From: Tubulanus polymorphus | Taxonomy: Eukaryota; Animalia; Nemertea | DNA: 64,000 nucleotides | Assembly (NCBI RefSeq): GCF_964204645.1 | Contig: NC_134027.1 | Coordinates: 930,001 to 994,000, forward strand | Direction: 5' to 3' | Part shown: piece by piece, positions 1 to 55,211 of the stretch | Layout of the letters: every line of letters begins with the position of its first letter | Position numbering within the stretch: the stretch's first letter is position 1 | The notes under the pieces: model-generated | The model's database searches: none | Told to the model about the DNA's origin: nothing | What the model saw: only the letters and a program-made list of their open reading frames with translations | Program-made: the position numbers and the translations under genes

Positions 1-99
1 TGTGGGAAGCGTGCTCCCGACAACGCGACGGGAGAATATCGTAAATTAAGATTAGGGATCAGCGAGTTTAGTTATTTTATCGAGATTAGTTCCGTCTAA
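1..99 (+). CDS. Possible 3' end of a neighbouring plus-strand gene (CGKRAPDNATGEYRKLRLGISEFSYFIEISSV*), product unknown
   Basis: Frame 1 is open from the window edge to TAA at 97-99. CpG-rich composition switches to AT-rich, UTR-like sequence after the stop. No family recognised. Confidence 0.3.
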   Translation, partial: CGKRAPDNATGEYRKLRLGISEFSYFIEISSV

Positions 100-1641
100 T
101 TTGAAAGAATTAAGTATTTTTTTTTTAAAGAAATGAAAACGATATTTGTAGGGAGATGATTTCGATATCGAAAAGTTAAAGCTTTTATCTCAAAAGTCGT
201 CTTTTGATGCGAAAGTTTTTCGAATGATTCATGAAAGCTTTATGGTTGCAGAGTGCAGTAGAATGAGGTCAGGTTTGATCTGATATTAGATAAATCACCC
301 TCATCATCCTGAAGTCAGTACATGTAATGATACATGTCGCTGATGTTGTCTTAGTCGTGACTTTCATTGTATTGATTATTCATCCAAATGATGACTTACA
401 TGAGTTTGACTATTGACTACTGGTAATCAATTGTTTGACATGTATTGAAGTCTATCTGAGAATTAGTAAAGAATTCAAGCGAGAATCATCTTTTCAGAAG
501 CCTACCAAGTTGTCAAACCGGGGCGCCATTCCACAGCCTCGATGAGACATGAACTTAAACCGGTTCTATTTAAATAAGTCTGAGAAACTGGACCTCGAAC
601 CACTGCATCCTCTCCCATCCTACTGTCTGTACGGGTGACTGTGTTATAGTGATTTTAAATGCAAACTATCAAATTTTCAGACTTCAAATTCTAAGTCGGT
701 AAACCACGTTCGCGCAGGCAGTCTTATTTCTGCATTGTTCCCATCGTTTTGTTATGTTTTTGTTTAAAGTTTTAAATACAGACTATTTACAACTACTAAT
801 ACTGTGGTGTCAATGAAATTTTTACAGTTTCAAATCAATCGTTTTTTCTACAATATCTCAATTTTTTCCATTTTTTTTTGGAATGAGAAAAATTAGTGTA
901 AAATGAAACTTATACTTTTGTAGTAATAACTGTTTACGATGATGAAATCAGTCTATTTTTTTGGTTCTCTTCCTCTGAGCCCCTCGACGAATACCGCGAG
1001 TCCAGTTCCACAGTTGTCGGTCAAATTTGATTCATTAATAGTTCTTCAAAATGTTTTTAGAACACAGTTCTTGGTTTTGATTCTAAAAATTACTAAATCT
1101 AACAGAGAACTGTTGAAGTTTTAATTTGTAAAGAAGTGCAACCACTTATTTGAGGTATGAAGCTACAAACCTTACTCTTGATCCTCGTGGCCCACATAAA
1201 GTTATCCTTAGGAAAGAATCCTCTCAACTGCGATGAAATAAGACACGAATTTGCAATTTTGCATGATGTCAATTTCATCTCTCTCTGATCGATGAGTTTT
1301 GATCCATCCATGAATCCGAAACACGACTTCAAATATCTGAGTTAACTGAATTTCGAAAGACAACTAGATGTTTTTTTTACGTTTTTTTTTTTAATGGAAC
1401 CAACCTCAAATGTGGGTTCGTTTATTCACCGTTTTATAAAATAAGAGAAGAGTTTATCGTCGCACAGAGAGAATATTCAACCCACAAAAATATCGAAGAA
1501 AACATATTCACATTTTTTTTTCAATGAATTCATCAGTCGTAGCAACGAAAAAGTAAAGTTTCATTTTACCCGGAAATTTCTCGCAGAAAAAAATACAGAT
1601 TACAAGATTATTTTACTGTACAGCAATTTACGAAATCCTCC

Positions 1642-2654
1642 TCAGAGGACCACGTTCATTCTTGAGAGGAGTACGTTCACTCTCGAGAGGAGTACGTTCA
1701 TTCTCCAGAGGAGTACGTTCATTCTCGAGAGGAGTGCGTTCATTCTCGAGAGGAGTACGTTCACTCTCCAGAGGAGTACGTTCATTCTCCAGAGGAGTGC
1801 GTTCATTCTCGAGAGGAGTGCGTTCATTCTCGAGAGGAGTACGTTCATTCTTGAGAGGAGTGCGTTCATTCTCGAGAGGAGTACGTTCACTCTCCAGAGG
1901 AGTACGTTCATTCTCCAGAGGAGTGCGTTCATTCTCGAGAGGAGTACATTCACTCTCGAGAGGAGTACGTTCATTCTTGAGAGGAGTACGTTCACTCTCG
2001 AGAGGAGTACGTTCATTCTCCAGAGGAGTGCGTTCATTCTCGAGAGGAGTACATTCACTCTCGAGAGGAGTACGTTCATTCTCGAGAGGAGTACGTTCAT
2101 TCTCGAGAGGAGTACATTCACTCTCGAGAGGAGTACGTTCATTCTTGAGAGGAGTACGTTCACTCTCGAGAGGAGTACGTTCATTCTCCAGAGGAGTGCG
2201 TTCATTCTCGAGAGGAGTACGTTCATTCTCGAGAGGAGTGCGTTCACTCTCGAGAGGAGTGCGTTCACTCTCGAGAGGAGTACGTTCACTCTCGAGAGGA
2301 GTACGTTCATTCTCGAGAGGAGTACGTTCATTCTCGAGAGGAGTACGTTCATTCTCGAGAGGAGTACGTTCATTCTCGAGAGGGGTACGTTCATTCTCGA
2401 GAGGAGTACGTTCATTCTCGAGAGGAGTACGTTCATTCTCGAGAGGAGTACGTTCATTCTCGAGAGTAGTACGTTCATTCGCGAGAGGAGTACGTTCATT
2501 CTCGAGAGGAGTGCGTTCATTCTCGAGAGGAGTGCGTTCACTCTCGAGAGGAGTGCGTTCACTCTCGAGAGGAGTACGTTCATTCTCGAGAGGAGTGCGT
2601 TCACTCTCGAGAGGAGTGCGTTCACTCTCGAGAGGAGTACGTTCATTCTCGAGA
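1642..2654. repeat. 21-bp minisatellite, about 48 copies (GAGAGGAGTACGTTCATTCTC)
   Basis: Near-identical head-to-tail units with no spacers; junctions form the palindrome TCTCGAGA. Confidence 0.97.
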
Positions 2655-2857
2655 CGACACTATAAGCTCCGCGTCAATCACTTTTAATCTATTTACAACA
2701 TCATAATGGAATGTTTGGAACACACTCCAAATTCTTGTGACGGATCTAGAATTGGATCGCAGGATCTCGACTCCAGACTCCGTATCGTTAAATCAATCAA
2801 TCTTCAAATCAGGACCACGTGAAAATCTAGTCTATATTTACATCATTATACACACAA

Positions 2858-3066
2858 GGGGCATTCAATAAGTACGTACGTTATTAAACAGCTCGTTAGT
2901 GAGAGACAGCGCGAGAAAATTAACCACTTCTCTTGTAGTACATAATGCTTAAACTTGCATAGGTACATGTCGGGAGGGAGGTCTATTAAGCCACCTCCTC
3001 CAGTATCTCCATGTACGTAATGCTTTAACTTTCATAGATATCGTACTTTACTTTATGAACGAGCCC
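2858..3066. mobile_element. Degenerate MITE related to the 19697 and 59098 family
   Basis: Begins GGGGCATTCAATAAGTACGTACG and ends CGTACTTTACTTTATGAACGAGCCC; imperfect terminal inverted repeats (TIRs). Confidence 0.45.
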
Positions 3067-3299
3067 AAATTGTCAAAAACAAAATGTCAGTATTTGTTTA
3101 TGATTATTATCAAATGAATGTGGTGTGAATGTTTGTGTGTGGCCCAATATTCATATAATATAGCACCTAAACACATAAAATACAACAGCAGTTGTTTCAC
3201 ATTAGCATCATCACAATATTGCCTATAAACGAGTGTCATTATCATCCTATAAACACTACACAATTATCTATTCATATTCATATATAATAACGGTAGATA

Positions 3300-3590
3300 A
3301 GTATCAGTATCAGTATCAGTATCAGGGGTTCTCTTCTCTAGAATCAGTATCAGGGGTTCTCTTCTCTAGAATCAGTATCAGGGGGTCTCTTCTCTAGAAT
3401 CAGTATCAGGGGGTTCTCTTCTCTAGAATCAGTATCAGGGGGGTCTCTTCTCTAGAATCAGTATCAGGGGGTCTCTTCTCTAGAATCAGTATCAGGGGTT
3501 CTCTTCTCTAGAATCAGTATCAGGGGGTCTCTTCTCTAGAATCAGTATCAGGGGGTCTCTTCTCTAGAATCAGTATCAGGGGGCCTCTTC
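3300..3590. repeat. 28/29-bp minisatellite, about 9-10 copies (AGTATCAGGGGKTCTCTTCTCTAGAATC), preceded by (AGTATC)n
   Basis: Direct tandem units visible in the sequence. Confidence 0.95.
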
Positions 3591-4597
3591 CCTATCTGCT
3601 GTCAATCGTAATTCATTCAACATTGTTTTTCATGCGAAAAAGAATTTTCTTATCTTTAGTTTTCGACTCATGCAGTGTCATGAATAGGCACTTTTACAGA
3701 TAATGACGTTGTCCACCCCTGCTAGGAATTAGCACAGCAGTGGTGACAGAAAGTGTCACTATAGGGCGCCACTGTCACTTCAATCTATCACTACTTTAAG
3801 AACTACCGACTGCGAATAAGAAAAGTGTAGAAGTCTTAAACTGTTCATCGCATGAATTCAACTTCGAGCAACTGAAGAACAGCAACTCATCGCAACTAAT
3901 CACTAAATGAAAGTAGATCGGAACAACTGGCAACTTTAAAAACAAAGCTTACCAGCTCTTCAGCCAGTCAGGTCAGACCACTAGGCTGAACGCTAGGCCA
4001 AGACTTACGCGTTTTAAAGACCAGTTTTGGCTAAATAAACTCAAACCGATCTATAACGTAAGTAGCGTCTGTTCTAACCGACTTCTAAAGATTGAGAGCT
4101 TCTACAGTTTGACCGATAGTTGATGTGTTTATAGTGTAGTGACGCCTTATACTAAACACAATATTAACTACGAGTCGAGCCTACGACACAAACAGATCAC
4201 AGTCATCAAAAACTGAATTTTCACGCTACATCTCTCGACGCTATTTTTACGGATGATTCGTGTGGTGAAGTATTTGTTGTATACATGTTACACGGTTAAA
4301 CGAGTCACTTTGGCAATGACGATTAGTCTATACTTATATAACACATAGTATACACAACCCCACATAGAAACAGAGTGAGCAGATGAGAGGAGACATGGAG
4401 GAGAGAGAGGAGAGGAGACATGGAGGAGAGAGAGGATAGAGGCAAAGGAACGATAAAGAGATTGAGAGGGGGAGGGGGAAGAATTCATCCTTGAAATCAT
4501 GAACTATTTACACGTCATCCGACACACGTCACGTACACAAAACATAAATCAATAAACATATTCACAGATAGCTTGTAGTGGTATAAATAAGTGTTCA

Positions 4598-50017
<45,420 letters not shown>

Positions 50018-50984
50018 CACTCTCACACGCACACGCTCAACTATTAATTATAATTTTAATTAATTATAATTATTCCGATCGTTACTAAATGAGTTCCCAG
50101 CCGTATGTGTAAACATACGAGAGGTAGTTGTCCATCGGATCTCGCGGGAACAGAGCGTAGTTTGAAGCCATGCGTATACTAACGACTTCAGTATCGACAC
50201 GACTGAACCGGTCAAACCGGTCGACGACGCTCTGAAACAGGTCGACTCCGACGCACCGTCTGGACTTACAGTCACAGTCTAAACTAGTTACCTTTAAATT
50301 CGTTACTCTCTGCAACATGATGATCTAAACGAATCATTAAAATCCGTTGAGTTTCCAATGATGTAAATTAGAGAAGAAAATTGCGTGAAGTTTCCTGGAA
50401 TCGGACGAGAAGTACTACAAGGACTGAACGGACACGTTTCCGGACGAAATGACTTTCCTGACAGGGTTTGGAGATGGTCGCAGCCGATTGAATTCCGAAC
50501 AAAATCGTGTGAGACGCGAAAAACGACTAAAAAACAGACCACACAACAAAAAAAGACTTCCGGGTTTGTGACTGGTGGAAATCTCACCCTATTCAACGAT
50601 TAATTGTCAGTTTCAGGCGCGAACCAAACCCGATCTCATCTATCCGAACCGTTAAACATCCAACCCGCGTACATCCTAGACGTCAGTATTAATCCTAGGC
50701 GCGGTATTTACGCCGCTAATCGCGATTTAGAATTACTGATTCTTCAAACCGTATAACACTGACTCTCAACAGAAATAGCGCCACCATTAACGCGTATTGA
50801 TACCGTCTCGAATCCGTGAACTACTTCGACTAAAAAGTCGACTTATAAAAAGCGTAATTTCAGGACAAAAGATTATATTTGACGATTCAGATTCGATCAG
50901 AAATGGATTTATTGCCAATGTCGTCCGCAAATCGTAATTTGGTCACGTTAATTTGTCTCTCACGTACACTAAATAAGTGCGTAA

Positions 50985-51110
50985 ATCGCCGCCTTGTTTA
51001 GTTTATGGTTTTAACACCAGGTAGCGGTAACAGGTGGTCACGGGTCACGGTCCTCACGTGCCGCGGTCTCCTAATTGGCTCAGCGGGCCTGTGGGGGTCA
51101 TTGGTACTTC
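50985..51110 (-). promoter_or_regulatory. Candidate WNK proximal promoter
   Basis: CpG-rich block about 1 kb upstream of the ATG with CACGTG (51055-51060), GGTCACG repeats and two CCAAT boxes on the minus strand (ATTGG near 51074 and 51100). TSS not determined. Confidence 0.45.
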
Positions 51111-52576
51111 AATATATCAATAACACGTAAAGAAACTGACCCTTTCTAAGAAACGATAACCTCGGCTGACTGACCATACACTTATTCAAAGTCTTATTTC
51201 CAGAAACGAATCATGAGCGTTATAAAATAAGTCGCCCAAAGTACGACAGGCCGCGAAGCTCTGAAGTGTCATTTAGTGACATAGTGTCCTTTTATTGACA
51301 AGAAAATAAACCATTATACAAATCCTTAATATACATTATATTATATCTATTGCGTCGAGAATATTAGTGGAAAAATATAAATAAATCGTTTATTTAAGCA
51401 ATAGTGAACCGATTCGAGGGAGGAACTTCGGATATCGAAACTAGTGCTTGCATCGAAGCCACCCTTTTTGAAGTGTGCTTTTCAAATAAGCGCTGGACAA
51501 AAGATTTTTAAAAAACGAAATCAAGATCCATCGTTGTAAGTTCTACCTGTATATATACTACAGAGTATGAGCGGGTCATTTTGAGATCCACATTTGGAGA
51601 TATTAAAAGAGTCGTTGGTTTCACGCGTAGCTGGAAAATGTGTTTTAATTTGGTTGCAAATTATCAAATGGACATCGATAGTGTAATTGTGCCCATTTTC
51701 TCACCACAGGGCGCCCCTCAAGAGATGGGTGAGAACCATATGCCCCTCCCAATCCCCGCACGTTCCCGACAGACAGTCTCAATCGTTTACATGTAAATAT
51801 ATATATATATATATATATAATCTAAAGAAATAAGTATAGAATAGCCTTCGTGTAGCCCGATACTTGACCTTGAACTTGAACTTGAACTTATATCTATTGC
51901 GCCGTATATAACATTTATACATAGGATAAGACATGCGACAAATTTACAGGACAAAACATTGGAGAATGACATTTAATACAGAGTACATAATACATGTAGC
52001 ATAAAAACAAAAGTTTATACAAGAAATAATTAATAGAGTGAACAATCGAGAAAGGAGCCCTCAGTCTCAAAACGAAACCGCTAGTCGAGTCATAGCTTAA
52101 CCAATTTATTAACCAAGTCGCACATAATTGTGGAGAAGTTCCCGATAGTTCATCTACATGTATAAACCAATGAGTTGAATTCAGATCGAGTCTTTGTCTT
52201 TATCCGAACAATACTGAACCAAAACAAAGATTGTATGGCCATGAGTTAGGTACAGACTCTCATCACCATCATTCTTTCTTTCACAAGCAGTCCCGCGGCC
52301 GAGGTCCATGTAGGGAAAGCCGTTATCTGCAGTTCTGAAGTTAAGAATTTACAATCTTATGATCTCTGTGCGTTTCTTTGGAAGAAGAAATTGTATTTCA
52401 TGGAATCAGTCAGGTGCGCGTTCTGTTAATTGGAACTGAGAATTGCGCACTCTAAATTCCTGGCGCGTGATGTGACGGTATTGTAAATGTGATTATCGGT
52501 CACCGCACACCTGACTGGTCACCACAGAATGGGTCACCACACTGATATTACAAACACCACGAACCAAAACTATCGC

Positions 52577-52677
52577 AGCTCAGTGGTCTAGTGGTAGCGT
52601 ACTCGTTTGACATACTAGATGTTGCGAGTTCGAGACCAGCTAGGGTTAGGGTTATGGCCAACCTAGGGTTAGGGTTA
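52577..52677 (+). pseudogene. tRNA-derived sequence (pseudo-tRNA or SINE head) followed by TTAGGG-type units
   Basis: A-box TGGTCTAGTGG, anticodon-like arm CTCGT-TTGACAT-ACTAG, B-box GAGTTCGAGACC; stems are mismatched. A second B-box fragment (GGTTCGAACCC) lies at about 52863-52873. Confidence 0.6.
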
Positions 52678-53009
52678 TCGAATTTATTACTTTTAGAAGT
52701 TAGGATTATCATTTCCAGTTCTGGGCGTGGGGCAATTAAATTTTCTTCCCTTTTGCCGGATAATTCTCCCTTGTAGGAATGAGAACTCAACCTCGATCAT
52801 TGAATGAAGTTTTAGATAAACACACTCATTCGGTAGTGAGAGCTGGTGAGCTGAGAGTTCCCGGTTCGAACCCTGCTGAGGTTATGGAAGGACAGGAGCG
52901 GCTGTAATTGGAGGTGTAGAGAAAATTTCCCTTTTTAGAATGATGAATTCATTGAATAAAGTTAAACGCAGGAAACAAACAAACAGAAATAGTGGACATA
53001 TTATATTTC

Positions 53010-53015
53010 TTTATT
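53010..53015 (-). terminator. Candidate polyadenylation signal of the zinc-finger gene
   Basis: AATAAA on the minus strand followed about 25 nt downstream by a GT/T-rich tract (TTTCTGTTTGTTTGTTT). Confidence 0.5.
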
Positions 53016-53451
53016 GCATGATAATGAACACATGTGAAAAAAACTTAAATAAACTTTCCTACTATAGAAACAAATCAAACATAATCTCTCATTCTACTTT
53101 AAATTCCAAACATAATTGATATTTTTGTCATCTTTACTTAAGGTGAATACAAACTACATCTAAATATTGAGCAAAACATCACAATTCAAACGCGTGATGT
53201 TTCTGTCTAATACTGTCTAAATCAGTTCATTATTAACCCCAAATACTCACATTGATATTGCGAGAATCAAAATATGATCGGATACAAAATCAAACTTCAA
53301 TTCAATAAAAGATAACTAGATTAAATAAGTTATGTCTTTCAGTTCATCAAATTGATGTTATAACTGACTTTGACCGTAATTTTAGTCATTGTTTTCTGAG
53401 AATTTGGTGCTTAGATATAATAGACTACAATTAATTGATAATTGATTATAA

Positions 53452-53917
53452 TAGTAGAACCTCGTTACAACGAACTCTTCACAGGAGAACAGAAAATCTG
53501 TTCATTATAACCGATAGTTTGTTAACCCTTTCAGTGCTGACTAATTAATACCCTATAGTGCTGGAGAAAATTTGAAAATTCTAAAAAATTCCACCCTAGT
53601 GTGTTGAACAATGGGAATACCACTATAGTGCGTCTACACCGCAGTGCGGTGTATCGTTAGTTACTAGTATTTCACTATGTTTGACACTTGCTGCCATTTT
53701 TCAATAGAGATAATTACAAATTACTAATTACATCAATACACTGCGATGCGGTGTACTAGCAAAATCCATCGCTGATTTATACACCGCACTGCGGTGTAGA
53801 CGCACTGAAAGGGTTAATTATATCGAGTATGAAAGTAAATGATATGGTCGTATTTGGGACAAAATTGTAGGTTTGCAATAACCGATAAATCGTTGTATCT
53901 GAGGTGAGGTTCTACTG
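53452..53917. mobile_element. Tc1/mariner-pogo (Tigger-like) MITE, interrupted by the piggyBac-like MITE
   Basis: Ends (T)AGTAGAACCTCGTTACAACGA...TCGTTGTATCTGAGGTGAGGTTCTACTG followed by TA. Confidence 0.65.
53526..53813. mobile_element. piggyBac-like MITE, 288 bp
   Basis: Perfect 12-bp TIRs CCCTTTCAGTGC...GCACTGAAAGGG flanked by TTAA on both sides; internal 28-bp inverted repeat. Confidence 0.88.
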
Positions 53918-54830
53918 TAAATGCTTCCATTCAGATCACTGTCTGTGTTCCTGTTGACATTGCTCATACAACATTACACAGAGCAGCTTTAGCTCAAAAC
54001 AGATCTGAACAACTTAGAGATATGACTGTTTTTCAACTTGGACGTTTGTTGAAATATTTTTGTGACAATTAAAATATAACATCTAATTACCAATCGGGTC
54101 ATGTTGCCAAAAGGTGTCCGACTCGAGCGGAGTCTAGTGGTAAAATTACTCGTCAACAACACAAAAAAATGTTACATATCCATGTATAGCTTTCAACGAA
54201 TTACAAAATATAAGAAACATGTATTATTAATGAGTAAACACAAATATTCATTATTCAACAGTCAATTACGGTTTAGAAGTCAAAATAACTTCATTTGTGA
54301 TTTTTTTTCTAATTTCAAAATGACAAAAAAACTTGGTTCCACAAGTTGAGTTGATCATAAGGAACAAACTACGATTACGATTTAAAAAAACAACATTTTT
54401 GTATTTAATTCAAATTTCTTCAACTTTCTGAGAAATGCTTTGAATTCAAATTTTGATAGTCTATTCATTAATACTTGAAAGGTAACAAAAATAACCCTAA
54501 TACAATATAAAACTATAAACAGTGAGCACAAACTGGCAAAGATCGACTATTTGACTATGAAAACCTCAATCGTGATAAATCAATGAAGTTCGGCCTGCAA
54601 ACATTTTCATACATGATCTTCAATAATATAAGCAAAATTTCAAAGAGTTGATTTTGAAAAAAAATTCAATAGTCTTAGAAAATGCAAGGTCCTGATGAAA
54701 ACTTGTTGGGAAACATTCATTATTGCAGTCAAACTCAGCTCGGAGTCGTCGTAGTCATAACGCGATGACTTACACTTCGAAAATTAAATTGTAATTACGA
54801 ATTTAGATTCATACATTGAGATGACTTCAG

Positions 54831-55102
54831 CAGGGCTGCCAACATCTGAAAAGTGCTATCAATAACAAATTGAATTTTTTTCAGTAACATTTCATTGAAA
54901 GAAATATGTAAGAAAAATGTTCAAATTAATCAGTAATCAACAGTAAGACCCTCAGTAACATCTTTCATATTTCTGTTCAAATTAATCAGTAATCACAGTT
55001 AGACCTTCAGTAACATGTTTCATATTTGCGTATGCATCAAATCAAATCGGTATTTCTTGTTATATAACAAATACTGAATATCAGGAACAGTTGGCAGCCC
55101 TG
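54831..55102. mobile_element. hAT-like MITE, 272 bp
   Basis: Perfect 13-bp TIRs CAGGGCTGCCAAC...GTTGGCAGCCCTG; internal duplication; no 8-bp target-site duplication (TSD) visible. Confidence 0.62.
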
Positions 55103-55211
55103 CGCGAACACTCATCTGATGACCACTTGGCTGAATTCGACTACAGAATCTCAAGTAGCACCAAAAATAAAAGTTGAGTTGATCTCGAAAGATAGAGAAC
55201 CGATGTAAATA

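Noticed and set aside
1642-2687. 334-aa and 341-aa ORFs on opposite strands
   Set aside because: Translations of a 21-bp (multiple of 3) minisatellite with no non-repetitive domain or splice support.
52577-52647. Functional tRNA-Val(GAC)
   Set aside because: T-stem, D-stem and acceptor stem are mismatched; treated as a pseudogene or SINE head.
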